The notes beneath the pieces were generated by a model. It was not told where the DNA came from. It worked only from the letters and a program-made list of their open reading frames with translations, and made no database searches. This document shows, piece after piece, positions 8,312 to 17,990 of a stretch of DNA of 64,000 nucleotides (position 1 is the first letter of the stretch; each line of letters opens with the position of its first letter). The DNA lies in NCBI GenBank assembly GCA_963740355.1, contig CAVUDW010000002.1, positions 2,464,001-2,528,000 on the forward strand, given 5' to 3'. The position numbers and the translations under genes were made by a program. The stretch is from an uncultured Gemmatimonadaceae bacterium (GTDB lineage Bacteria > Gemmatimonadota > Gemmatimonadetes > Gemmatimonadales > Gemmatimonadaceae).

Positions 8312-10759
8312 CTACCACCGCTCCACCGTCGCCAGCACCGCCGACCCGCGCGGATCCTTGAGAAGGCGCTCGAATCGAGGCCCATGCACGCCGGCCACCA
8401 GCACCGCGTCATGATCGCGCGCCGCTCGCTCGAAGAGGCCCACGGCCGAGTCCATGTCTCCCAGTGCGGCCAGGGTCGCCGCCAGCGTCGCCAGCGGGGG
8501 CAGCTTGCCCCCAGAAGCGTCGCGCATCTGCAGCATCAACTCGCGGGCCTCGTCCACCTGCCCCGCCTCGGCCCGGGCAAGCGCGAGCAACGCCCGGGTT
8601 TCATTGGTCTCACCCCGGCTGCCCGCGTTGGCGTAGCGCTCGACCTGCGAAACAGCATCCGACGCGCGATTCATCGCCATCAGCGCGTCCGCGCGCACGG
8701 CAATGGCGTCGTAGAGCGTCGAATCCTTCATCAGGACGGCGCGAGCGACGGCCTCGGCGAGGTCGGGCTTCTTCTCCGAGAGTAGCACCTGCGCCTCCCA
8801 GGTCCTGAAGAGCGGCGATGCCGCCTCAAGCGACAGCGCTCGCTTGATCCGCGACCGCGCGGTGTCGAAATCACCGACATGGTTCGCGAGTTGGCCGTAC
8901 CACCCCCACGTCAGCGCCGCTGTCGAGTCGAGCGCGAGCGAGCGCTTGAACAGCGACTCGGCCTCGCGATTCGCACTCCGACCCAGGCGCACGAACGCCA
9001 GCGCTGCGTAGGCTTCGGCTGACGTCGAGTCGAGGCTGAGTGCACGCGTCGCGGCCGCCACCGATCGATCGCGCGACGCTTCCCCTGCCGCTGCGCCTTG
9101 CGATGAAGCGATCGCCAGCGTCAGCGCGAGCAGCGACTGTGCACGCGCTGACGCAGGATCGCGCGCGATCGCCTGCTCGAGCAACGGCAATGCCGCTGAG
9201 ACGTCCAGCGCGCGTAGGGCAGACGATGCGCGCAGCACGAGCAGCGCTGCAGCCGGATCGGCAACGCTCGACGAGCTGACATTCGTGTCAGCGATGGATG
9301 GTGCACGTCCCCTGGCTGCTGCTGCCGCACCCGTGGCCATGTCGCGTTCGAGGCCGCCCACGTCCGCGATGGCGCGAGTGAATTTTGCACTCCAGCGCGC
9401 CTTGCCGTCATCGACATCGAGCACTGTCAGGTCAACGAGCAGCGAATCACCTTGTGCGCTCAGCGTGCCCGTGAGCACTGCCGCCGCACCGAGTTCCCGT
9501 GCCACCGCGCGCGGGTCGAGCCCGCGTGCGCGCAACTGCGCGGCGCTCATTCGACCAAGAACTGGCACACCAGCACGTGCGCTCAAGCGTGCAACCTCGT
9601 CAGCCAGCCCGATGCCAATCGCGCTGTCGACGGCCGTGCCACTCGTAGGCGCCAGCGGCAGAATGACGATCGACCCATCGATCGTGGCGGGCCGCACAAC
9701 AGTCGGAACCGGAATCTCCTTTGCCTTCGGTGAGCGCGTGGCCAGGAATCCACCAATCGCCGCCAGCAACAATGCGGCACCGGCCAACGGTGCAAATCGC
9801 CGAAGGTTGGTGGATTGTGTCCTGGCCGGCTCGGGTTGCGCAGCTTGCGCGCCAGTTGGCTGCTTCGTCACGGCCGGCACGTAGGCGGGGGTGAGCGAGC
9901 GCTCGGCAATCGCGCGCTCCGACACATCCACTCCCTGCAACACTTGCAGGATGTTGGCCGCGCTGGATGGTCGCTCTTGTGGTGAGGCGGAGAGGCAGCG
10001 CATCACCAACCGCACGAATGTCGCCGGGACGTCGCGACGTGTCAGCGTGATGGGGGCGGGCTCGTCATCGAGCACTGGCGCCGTGGGGTCCTGCCGCGCG
10101 CGTCGCACGAACGCCGGCATCCCGGTCAGCATCTCATACGCCGCGCATCCCCACGCAAACAGGTCGGCGCGATGATCGACGGTCGAACCTTCCACCAACT
10201 GTTCCGGTGCGCGATAGCCGGCATCGCCGGTGGCCCGTGCAGCGGCAGGCGTCGTCGCGAGCTGTGCATCGGCGACCCCCTGCTCGATGCCGAAATCGGT
10301 CAGCCTGCCTGTCTTCTGTGAAATCAGGATCCGATCGGGCGTAATCCCAAGGTGGACCGCGCCGAGACCGTGTGCATACTCGAGCGCGTTCAGGATGTCG
10401 CGCAGGATCCCGACCGTTTCTTCGAGCGTCAGCGGCGGTTGCTCGAGCAGCCGCGCCCGCAACGTCACACCTGGCACGTAGGGCGTGATGATGTAAGGCA
10501 GCCCTTCCGCAGCGCCAAGCGCGATGGCGGGCACGATACCCGGGTGGTTGAGCCCGGCCGCGCGTTCGGCGCTGGCGAAGAATCGCTCGAAATCGAGCGC
10601 CCCGGCAAAACCCGGCGAGAGCACCGTCACCAGAACGGCACGGTTGAAAATGTTCTCGCGTGCGATGAAGGCGCGCGCAAGGCTGGTGCTGGTCGTTTCC
10701 CGTTCGAGCGCGTACTCGTCACCGAGCGCTTGCTGGAGTGGGGCGAAAAGGTCGCTCAT
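8312..10759 (-). CDS. Hanks-type Ser/Thr kinase-like protein (probable pseudokinase) with TM helix, TolB-N-like domain and TPR repeats
   Basis: Kinase fold motifs LNHPGIV, TDFG, APEQ and DHRADLFAWG..YEMLTG; TM LAGAALLLAAIGGFL; TPR-like C-terminus; start refined to MSDLFAPLQQ. Confidence 0.9.
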   Translation of the reverse strand: MSDLFAPLQQALGDEYALERETTSTSLARAFIARENIFNRAVLVTVLSPGFAGALDFERFFASAERAAGLNHPGIVPAIALGAAEGLPYIITPYVPGVTLRARLLEQPPLTLEETVGILRDILNALEYAHGLGAVHLGITPDRILISQKTGRLTDFGIEQGVADAQLATTPAAARATGDAGYRAPEQLVEGSTVDHRADLFAWGCAAYEMLTGMPAFVRRARQDPTAPVLDDEPAPITLTRRDVPATFVRLVMRCLSASPQERPSSAANILQVLQGVDVSERAIAERSLTPAYVPAVTKQPTGAQAAQPEPARTQSTNLRRFAPLAGAALLLAAIGGFLATRSPKAKEIPVPTVVRPATIDGSIVILPLAPTSGTAVDSAIGIGLADEVARLSARAGVPVLGRMSAAQLRARGLDPRAVARELGAAAVLTGTLSAQGDSLLVDLTVLDVDDGKARWSAKFTRAIADVGGLERDMATGAAAAARGRAPSIADTNVSSSSVADPAAALLVLRASSALRALDVSAALPLLEQAIARDPASARAQSLLALTLAIASSQGAAAGEASRDRSVAAATRALSLDSTSAEAYAALAFVRLGRSANREAESLFKRSLALDSTAALTWGWYGQLANHVGDFDTARSRIKRALSLEAASPLFRTWEAQVLLSEKKPDLAEAVARAVLMKDSTLYDAIAVRADALMAMNRASDAVSQVERYANAGSRGETNETRALLALARAEAGQVDEARELMLQMRDASGGKLPPLATLAATLAALGDMDSAVGLFERAARDHDAVLVAGVHGPRFERLLKDPRGSAVLATVERW

Positions 10760-10829
10760 CGAACGTAAACATGCCTCCCGATGCGGGGAAATGCACCTGG
10801 CGATGGGGGCGGATACCGCAGCGGCTCGG

Positions 10830-11729
10830 CTATCGTGGCGCCGCGCTGATGGCTGCACGCCGCAGCGCTTCGATCTCCGCGATCATTCCCTGCACCTGGG
10901 CACGGACGAGGATCCGTCCCTTTTCCCGCGTCGCGAGCGTGGCGTTGCCGAACGTACCAGTGCGGGACCACGTCTTTCCGTCTCGCACCGCTGCAGCGGA
11001 GTCTCGCGTGAGCCCTCCGGCGCCCGGGTGATAGTCGTTCGGGGCGCGTCGCATCTGGACGACGTGCGGATGCATGTAGAGCATCATCGATGTCTCGAGT
11101 TCGTCGGCGTGGGTGCCGCCTTCCTGCTGTCGGACACGGTCCTCGGCCTCCTTGCCGACCTTCAGGATGTCGGTGTAGACCATCACGATACCGCTGGCCG
11201 CCAGCGAATCGCGCGCCGGGGCGAGTGCGCGAAGTGTGGATACGCCGGTGTTGAGCACGTAGAATCGCCGTGGGCCATGCCGCGCAATCGATCGAATGAT
11301 GTCCACGATCATGTCGCGCGCTGTTTCCATCCGCAGCGACGTCGATCCCGGATATTCTACGAACGCTGGATAAAAGCTGTAATTGACCGTCGGATAGACG
11401 ACGACACGGGTGCCGGCCGCTACCGCCTTTGCGAAGTACTCAGCCAACAACCAGTCATTGTTCAACGGAAGGTGTGGCCCATGCTCCTTCGCCTGCGCCC
11501 CCAGCGGGATCATGACGACGGCTGCGGTGTCGAGGAGTGCGACCGCGTCGGTCCATGGCAGCGCTTCGATCCGGATGCTGCCTGCCGGTGCCCGCCCCGA
11601 CTGCGCCTCGAGGGACGCAACGGGGGATGCTGCGCCGACGCAGAAAAGAGTGATGCACAGTCCGCGGAAGCGCGTTCCGCGCACGGGTCGGGTCTTCGAA
11701 GGCACCGCTGGCCGATCACGTGACGTCAC
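10830..11729 (-). CDS. creatininase/creatinine amidohydrolase family protein, with signal peptide
   Basis: KEHGPHLPLNND and HADELETS motifs; GTG start overlaps the upstream stop (GTGA). Confidence 0.88.
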   Translation of the reverse strand: MTSRDRPAVPSKTRPVRGTRFRGLCITLFCVGAASPVASLEAQSGRAPAGSIRIEALPWTDAVALLDTAAVVMIPLGAQAKEHGPHLPLNNDWLLAEYFAKAVAAGTRVVVYPTVNYSFYPAFVEYPGSTSLRMETARDMIVDIIRSIARHGPRRFYVLNTGVSTLRALAPARDSLAASGIVMVYTDILKVGKEAEDRVRQQEGGTHADELETSMMLYMHPHVVQMRRAPNDYHPGAGGLTRDSAAAVRDGKTWSRTGTFGNATLATREKGRILVRAQVQGMIAEIEALRRAAISAAPR

Positions 11730-13756
11730 GGCGTCGATCCTTGCAGATATCTGGCGTACCAGGTGTGATATCGATCGAGGCGATCACGCACGAACGAGGG
11801 TCGCTCGATGCCGTGAAACTGGTCTGGATAGACGACCAGCTGCGTTGGTACACCGAGCGACTTGAGCGCCTGGAACATCTGCTCGCTGCCGATGATCGGC
11901 ACGTTGAAATCGCTCGCACCGCCCATGAAGAGCGTCGGCGTCGAAATTCGATCAGCGTTCCAGAAAGCGCGCGAGACCTTGTCCCACATCGGCTTGTTCT
12001 TCCATGGCACGCCGAGCTCCTGCTCGTACTGATACACATACTGGTCGGAGCCATACATCGAAGACTGCAACGCGCTGCCCGCGCCGCTGATGGCGGCCTT
12101 GAATCGCGGCGTGGTCGCGATCGTGTAGTCAGTCAGGATGCCGCCGTAACTCCAGCCACCAATGCCGAGTCTATCCGGATCAGCGAGACCGAGCGCGATG
12201 AGGTGGTCGACGCCTGCGAGCAGGTCCTGCACCTCCTTGTTGCCCCAGTCGGCGAAGATGGCCTTCTTCCATGCTTGGCCTCGACCAGAGCTGCCGCGAT
12301 AGTTCACGGAGAGGACGAGATAGCCGTCAGCGGCGAACAGTTGACGCTCCATCGTCGGTAGCCAGACACCGCTATCGAACAGGTGTTCGTCCTGCCCGTT
12401 CGGGCCGCCATGGATGCGGAGAAGCAGCGGATATCGCTTCCCGGCAGTGAAGCCGGCCGGCTTCACCAGGAGCGCGTTGACCGTCTGGCCGTCCTTGTTC
12501 GGGAACGAGATGTCTTCCGTCGCACCAAGCTGCAGTTCCGCAAACAATGCGTCGTTCACGTGCGTCAGGGACCGTTGCGTTCCATTCTCGAGCACGTGCA
12601 GCTCTGCCGCGACGCTCGCCGTTCCATCTCGCGTAACGATTTTTCCATCGGGAGCCACATCGAATGAGGTGACGACGCGCCTGCCTGTCAGCAGCCGCGT
12701 CACGCTGCCGTCCGCTATCGCCACTCGAGCCAGGTGCACCGCGCGATCATCACCGAGCAGGAATGCGATCGTGGCACCATCATGGCTCCAGTGCAGGTCG
12801 CTGACATCGCGGTCGAGTGATGTGGCGAGCAGCCGTGGCGCCCCGCCGTGGCTCGGAATGACTGCGATCGTGTTCTGCGAATAGGCGTAGAGTCGCGGCT
12901 CGCTACCTTGCAGATAGGCGATCTGCGTGCCGTCGGGACTCCAGACGGGCCCTTCGTCAGCACCGGCCCACGAGGTGAGCTGGATGGGTGTCGCGCCAGA
13001 AACTGCGTCCACCACGAACAGGTCAGTGTAGTTGCTGCGATCAGGATCCGTGCCGGCTCGCTGACTGACGAATGCGATGCGCTTGCCGTCAGGCGACCAT
13101 TGCAGCTGCGAATCATCGAAGTCACCGTTCGTGACCTGAACCGCCTTGCGTGACGCCACGTCCACGATCCAGATGTGGTCTCGCCGGCGATTGAGGTAGC
13201 CGTCGTAGTCTCGCTTGAATGCGTAGCGATCGATGACGATGGGCTTTGGGCGCTTGCTCTTCACGGAGTCCGGCAGTGCGTCGTCGGCAGCGCTATCGTG
13301 CGAGATGACGGCGACACGCGAGCCATCAGGCGACCATGCGTACTCTGCAACGCCACCGCTGAGCTCCGTCAGCCGCTCGGCCTCCCCACCGGATCGATCG
13401 AGCAACCAGAGCTGGCCGCCCTTGGACTCAAAGCGCCCGGAGACGAACGAGAGGTAGCGATTGCCCGGACTCCACCGCGGATTCGACTCATCCTCTGGTG
13501 AACTGGTGAGGCGAATGGTGCGATCACCAGCCCAGTTGACCATCCAGACGTCGGAGTCGCGAGCATCCTTCACCGAGTCGACAGTCGTGACCGTGTACGC
13601 CACCCATGCGCCGTCTGGTGAGATTCGAGGATCGCCCACATCCCGTAACCGATAGATGTCGTCAGCCCGAATGGGGCGCTTCGCCTGAGCAGCCATGACT
13701 GCCGGCAGAAGGGCGATGACAGCAAGGACAACGACGCGCTGCAGCACCTGGCGCAC
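11726..13756 (-). CDS. S9 family (acylaminoacyl/dipeptidyl) peptidase, exported
   Basis: PD40-type WSPDG repeats, IHGGP, nucleophile GGWSYGG, Asp in SDFNVP, His in FHG; GTG 13756 with purine-rich SD and signal peptide. Confidence 0.93.
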   Translation of the reverse strand: MRQVLQRVVVLAVIALLPAVMAAQAKRPIRADDIYRLRDVGDPRISPDGAWVAYTVTTVDSVKDARDSDVWMVNWAGDRTIRLTSSPEDESNPRWSPGNRYLSFVSGRFESKGGQLWLLDRSGGEAERLTELSGGVAEYAWSPDGSRVAVISHDSAADDALPDSVKSKRPKPIVIDRYAFKRDYDGYLNRRRDHIWIVDVASRKAVQVTNGDFDDSQLQWSPDGKRIAFVSQRAGTDPDRSNYTDLFVVDAVSGATPIQLTSWAGADEGPVWSPDGTQIAYLQGSEPRLYAYSQNTIAVIPSHGGAPRLLATSLDRDVSDLHWSHDGATIAFLLGDDRAVHLARVAIADGSVTRLLTGRRVVTSFDVAPDGKIVTRDGTASVAAELHVLENGTQRSLTHVNDALFAELQLGATEDISFPNKDGQTVNALLVKPAGFTAGKRYPLLLRIHGGPNGQDEHLFDSGVWLPTMERQLFAADGYLVLSVNYRGSSGRGQAWKKAIFADWGNKEVQDLLAGVDHLIALGLADPDRLGIGGWSYGGILTDYTIATTPRFKAAISGAGSALQSSMYGSDQYVYQYEQELGVPWKNKPMWDKVSRAFWNADRISTPTLFMGGASDFNVPIIGSEQMFQALKSLGVPTQLVVYPDQFHGIERPSFVRDRLDRYHTWYARYLQGSTP

Positions 13757-13901
13757 CCCTTCCCCACTTCGACAACGCCGCCCCACCCTCGTTTGATCAC
13801 CCTCTGCCGCCACGGATGCGTGTGCGGATACGTTGGTCGCCTCGGCGATGCGTGAATTCCGTCGGAGCATTGACGCAGGTGCAGTTGGGGGAGAACTGTC
13901 G

Positions 13902-15275
13902 TCAGCCTGGGGTTGCGGCCGTCGTGGCTGTTGGATTGAGAGTACGCGATGGCGACGTCGCCCACCAGACGGTGGCTGCACCGAGGACGCCGGCAACAAC
14001 GGACGCGATCACGATGCCGAGTTTTGCCTGGGACAGCTCCACAGTCCCCGGGAAGGCGAGGGCGGAGACAAAAAGGGACATAGTGAATCCAATACCGGCG
14101 AGTCCGGCGACCCCGGCAACCATCCGCCAGGTGGCACCCGTCGGCAAGGATGCACCGAGGCGTGTGGCAATCCAGGTGCTGGTGAGGATGCCGATCGGCT
14201 TGCCGAGGACCAGCCCCAATGCCACACCGATGCTGACTGAGCCGATCAATGACGGTGCCGCGTCGTCACCTCCGCCGAGCGACACACCGGCGTTCGCGAG
14301 CGCGAAGAGGGGCATGATCCAGAAGTTCACCGGGGTGTGCAAGAGATGGCGAAAGTGTGCGAGGGGCGGCTGTGCCTCCTCGACGGCCGTCTCGATTGCT
14401 GCCAATGCACGCTGCTGGCCGCCGTTCGAGAGCACCGGGCGATCATCTTCCCCGGTCGCCACCTCGAATTCGTTCAACCGCTGACGCGCTTCTTCCTCGA
14501 ACACCGCGGGCTCGATTCGAGAGCGCGCCGGAATGGTGAGCGCGAGCAGGACGCCCGCGACGGTGGAATGCACGCCGGAGCGCAGCACGCAGTACCACAG
14601 TGCGATCCCCAGCAACGCATAGACACTTTTCCAGGCAACGCCAGACAGGCTGGCCGCGATCAGCACGAGCAGCACGCCGCCAGACACCAGCAACCAGGAC
14701 ACGGACGGCGCATGCCCGTAGAAGAGGCTGATCACCAGCACCGCGCCGAGGTCGTCAGCGATCGCCAGTGCGGCGAGAAAGACGGTCAAGGCGGGGGGGA
14801 CGCGGGAGCCCAGCAGGGCCAAAACGCCGAGCGCAAACGCGATGTCGGTTGCGGTGGGAATGCCCCACCCTGGCGCGCCAGGCGTGCCGTGATTGAGCGC
14901 AAGGAAGATGAGAGCCGGCGCGACCATGCCGCCCAACGCAGCAGCCAGGGGGAGCGACGCACTCCGCAGCGTGGAGAGCTCGCCGACCAGCATCTCACTC
15001 TTGATTTCGAGACCGACCAGCAGAAAGAACACGGCCATCAGGCCGTCGCTGATCCACTCGCGGAGCGTGAGAGAGAAACTGCCCGTGCCAAAGCCGAGCG
15101 AAAGCGGCGTCTCCCAGAACGCTTCGACCGACGAATGCCAGGGACTGTTTGCGAGCGCCATCGCGATCGCCGCCGCGACGAGGAGCGCGACACCACCACC
15201 TGCCTGCCATTCCGCGAACTGCCGGAAGGGGCGAAAGATCCGGACGGCGAGGACCTGCGGCTGCGGAGAATTCAT
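13902..15275 (-). CDS. nhaA: Na+/H+ antiporter NhaA
   Basis: WISDGLMAVFFLLVGLEIK, GWGIPTATDIAFALG, LAIADDLGA and GIGFTMSLF motifs. Confidence 0.95.
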   Translation of the reverse strand: MNSPQPQVLAVRIFRPFRQFAEWQAGGGVALLVAAAIAMALANSPWHSSVEAFWETPLSLGFGTGSFSLTLREWISDGLMAVFFLLVGLEIKSEMLVGELSTLRSASLPLAAALGGMVAPALIFLALNHGTPGAPGWGIPTATDIAFALGVLALLGSRVPPALTVFLAALAIADDLGAVLVISLFYGHAPSVSWLLVSGGVLLVLIAASLSGVAWKSVYALLGIALWYCVLRSGVHSTVAGVLLALTIPARSRIEPAVFEEEARQRLNEFEVATGEDDRPVLSNGGQQRALAAIETAVEEAQPPLAHFRHLLHTPVNFWIMPLFALANAGVSLGGGDDAAPSLIGSVSIGVALGLVLGKPIGILTSTWIATRLGASLPTGATWRMVAGVAGLAGIGFTMSLFVSALAFPGTVELSQAKLGIVIASVVAGVLGAATVWWATSPSRTLNPTATTAATPG

Positions 15276-15280
15276 CCCGT

Positions 15281-15319
15281 AAAATAGCTCGAGCCGCCCC
15301 CGTGGAGGGCGGCTCGAGC
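15281..15319 (-). terminator. intrinsic terminator after the ECF operon; its U-tract doubles as a possible nhaA -10
   Basis: GCTCGAGCCGCCC-loop-GGGCGGCTCGAGC followed by TATTTT on the minus strand. Confidence 0.75.
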
Positions 15320-15353
15320 CGGAAATCGAGGCGACAATTGTCGCTTACGTCAG

Positions 15354-15944
15354 CTATTCCGGTGGGGGATCGCCACCGCGAACGCTATCGGCACGCTGCT
15401 GAATCCTTCGACGCAGCTGCTCCATCATCCCGATGTAGCGCGCACGTTGCTCCGGGGTGAGAAACTCGCTCAGTGCCTCTTGCTCCTTCTGCTGCAGTTC
15501 GAGGCGCTGGCGTTGCGCATCGAGCAGGTCGTCGAGCAAGCGCGCCGTGTTGGGCGAGCTCGTCGAGTCGCCGGACGCAATCGACTGGCGCAAGTCGCGA
15601 CGGATCCGCATCTCGTCGCGCGCGACCTTCAATCTCTGCTCACCAAAGCGACGGTTGACGTCCATCAGTCGCGTGGCCTGCTGATCGGTGAGGTTGAGGC
15701 GTTGACGAACCACGCGAGCGAGTGCTTCACGAAGGGAGTTCTCGACGCGCAGGCGCTCCGCCGCGGCCTTGTTGTTACGAAGCGGATCTTCAGCATTCAG
15801 CTCGGCGCGCGCGGCCTGTCGTGCTTCGCGTCGCGCGCGCATCGCTTCGCGGGCGGTAGTGGCATCCTGTGCGCCCGCGTTCACGGCGCTTATCGCCAGC
15901 AGGACGAAGCTCAGCATGATGCCGGGAATACGACGACTGGTCAT
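15354..15944 (-). CDS. Spy/CpxP-like periplasmic helical protein
   Basis: Signal peptide, LNLTDQQ and FLTPEQRARY motifs; translationally coupled to the anti-sigma gene (ATGA). Confidence 0.8.
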   Translation of the reverse strand: MTSRRIPGIMLSFVLLAISAVNAGAQDATTAREAMRARREARQAARAELNAEDPLRNNKAAAERLRVENSLREALARVVRQRLNLTDQQATRLMDVNRRFGEQRLKVARDEMRIRRDLRQSIASGDSTSSPNTARLLDDLLDAQRQRLELQQKEQEALSEFLTPEQRARYIGMMEQLRRRIQQRADSVRGGDPPPE

Positions 15945-16510
15945 GCGCCCTCGCCTGCGAGGAGATCTGCGCCCATGTCAGGGTCGGCCGACGGCACGCC
16001 GTCCAGCGCCTGAATGTCCGCCTCGAGGGCGCGGAGTTGCTCAACCGACAGCTCATCAGTCGACGCACCAAGCCCGAGCTGCATGGACGTCGCGGCCACG
16101 GCGACGGATTCTGCACGCACACTCGGCGTCAACGGCATTGCTGCCCTGGTGCGGCCGGAGTACACCGTCACCATCGTGCCGCCGCCTACAATCACCAGCA
16201 GCGCTGCCGCCCGGGCGAACCGCTGCGAAATCCACGGACGCTTCGCCTCGCGCCGGGCCGCCAATTCATCGATCTCGGGCGCGAGCGTTGCGGCGGGAGG
16301 CGTCGGAAGTGCCGCAACGATGCGCGACACATCGAGCGTGGGCGCCGCGGCATGCGCCGTCCGGATCGCGCGCAGCATCGCCAGCTCTGCCATCAAGTCG
16401 GGATCGGCGGCTACGGCGCGCTCGACGGCCGCTGCCTCGTCCGCCGCGAGGCGTCCGTGCAGCAGGTCCGGCAGGCAATCCAGCAGTTCATCCCTCGTCA
16501 TGTCACGCAT
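15941..16510 (-). CDS. putative membrane anti-sigma factor
   Basis: ASD-like N-terminus (LPDLLHGRL..E...VE) without the HxxxCxxC motif, one TM (AAALLVIVGGG), directly downstream of an ECF sigma. Confidence 0.8.
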   Translation of the reverse strand: MRDMTRDELLDCLPDLLHGRLAADEAAAVERAVAADPDLMAELAMLRAIRTAHAAAPTLDVSRIVAALPTPPAATLAPEIDELAARREAKRPWISQRFARAAALLVIVGGGTMVTVYSGRTRAAMPLTPSVRAESVAVAATSMQLGLGASTDELSVEQLRALEADIQALDGVPSADPDMGADLLAGEGA

Positions 16511-17066
16511 CGAGATACTCCTTCACGGCACGCATTGCATTGTGGTAGTGCACCCGCGCGGCGCCTTCAGTCGTGTCGGCGATCACCGCAATTTCCTTGT
16601 ACGACAATCCTTCCACCACCCGCAGTGTGAAGACTTCACGTTGCATCGGTGACAGTCGTGCCACCGACTGGCGCACCCGCTGTTCCGATTCGTCGGCCAC
16701 CACACCATCCAGCACGTCATCGGCCGATACCAACTGGTCCTGCGCATCCTCGATCGCGACGTGATTCCGCTCACGACGGGTTGACCGCCGCTGATCCAGC
16801 ACCAGTCGTCGGGCAATCGTGAAAAGCCACGACCGCAACGATGATTCCCCACGAAACGAGTCGAGCGACCCGAAGGCGCGCACGAACGTGTCCTGCACCA
16901 GCTCCTCCGGTGGCGTCAGCACACCGAGACTGGACACGAACCGGGCCAGTGAGGTGGCGTGCCGCTCCACCAGTGCAGTGGCGGCACGCTGATCTCCGCT
17001 CTTCCAGCGGGCGATCAGCGCGCGGTCAACCTCTGCGTCGTCGCCGGCTCGGTTCAGGTCTGGCAT
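16503..17066 (-). CDS. ECF RNA polymerase sigma factor
   Basis: Region 2 EELVQDTFVRAF..SWLFTIARR; region 4 LSPMQREVFTLR..EGLSYKEIA; start refined to ATG 17066. Confidence 0.93.
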   Translation of the reverse strand: MPDLNRAGDDAEVDRALIARWKSGDQRAATALVERHATSLARFVSSLGVLTPPEELVQDTFVRAFGSLDSFRGESSLRSWLFTIARRLVLDQRRSTRRERNHVAIEDAQDQLVSADDVLDGVVADESEQRVRQSVARLSPMQREVFTLRVVEGLSYKEIAVIADTTEGAARVHYHNAMRAVKEYLDA

Positions 17067-17082
17067 GTCAGTCTGGTAGGCA

Positions 17083-17106
17083 GACGCGGGACGCGCGGCG
17101 ATGTTA
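17083..17106 (-). promoter_or_regulatory. putative autoregulatory ECF promoter
   Basis: TAAC-N16-CGTC ending 16 nt upstream of the sigma ATG; matches the generic ECF AAC/CGT architecture. Confidence 0.6.
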
Positions 17107-17181
17107 AGGGAGCTCTGCTGAGCTCCCGACACCTCGCCTCCCTCCGTCGCGTCGCTGGCCACGTCTGCCCCTCCCCGTCTG

Positions 17182-17886
17182 ATGCCGATTCACCCCGTCC
17201 CCGCCCTCATCGCCCATCGCGGCCTGCCTCGCCAGCACCGCGAGAATACCCTGCCCGGGTTCCTCGCCGCCACAACCGCTGGATCGGACGGCTGGGAATT
17301 GGACGTGCATGCGACGCGCGACGGGGTGCTGGTGGTACATCACGATGCCGTCCTGCCGGCCGGCGCCGGTTCGCTCGCGGGTGCCGCCATTGCTGCCCAC
17401 GACTGGGACGCGCTCTCGGTGGCGACGGTCGGTGCCGGTGGCGAGCGGATACCCACCCTCGATGCCGTTTTGGATGCCGCAGGCAGCAACGCGATCGTCT
17501 ACGTGGAGGTGAAGGCGCGTGGCATCGAGGAACTGGTGGCGGACTGTCTCGCCCGACACCCAGCCACGCGGACCGCTGTCCACAGTTTCGACCATCGCGT
17601 GGCGCAACGCATCCAGGCGGCACATCCGACCATCGCCGTGGGCATCCTGATGGATTCCTACCTCGTCGACCCCGTTCACGCCCTGCGTGGCGCCGGCGCG
17701 CGCGACTACTGGCCCCATCGCGAGATGGTGGACGAGGCGCTGGTCGACGCGGTACACGCCGCCGGAGGCCATGTCATCGTCTGGACGGTCAATGATCCCA
17801 CCGAGGCGCGGCGGCTGGCGGCGCTCGGTGTCGATGCGCTCTGCTCCGATGTCGTTGACGAGTTGCGACAGGCGCTCCGCGAATAG
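17182..17886 (+). CDS. glycerophosphodiester phosphodiesterase
   Basis: IAHRG..ENTL, ELDVHATRDG..VVHHD, VEVK and VWTVND motifs. Confidence 0.93.
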   Translation: MPIHPVPALIAHRGLPRQHRENTLPGFLAATTAGSDGWELDVHATRDGVLVVHHDAVLPAGAGSLAGAAIAAHDWDALSVATVGAGGERIPTLDAVLDAAGSNAIVYVEVKARGIEELVADCLARHPATRTAVHSFDHRVAQRIQAAHPTIAVGILMDSYLVDPVHALRGAGARDYWPHREMVDEALVDAVHAAGGHVIVWTVNDPTEARRLAALGVDALCSDVVDELRQALRE

Positions 17887-17990
17887 CCGGAGGAGTGCGT
17901 ACTTGGCGAGTGCGTAGTTGGCGGTGCCTCGTGTGAGGCGGCACATTGGCCTCGCCCCCTTTTCGCAGCCCACCTTCGGAGGTCGAGCTC

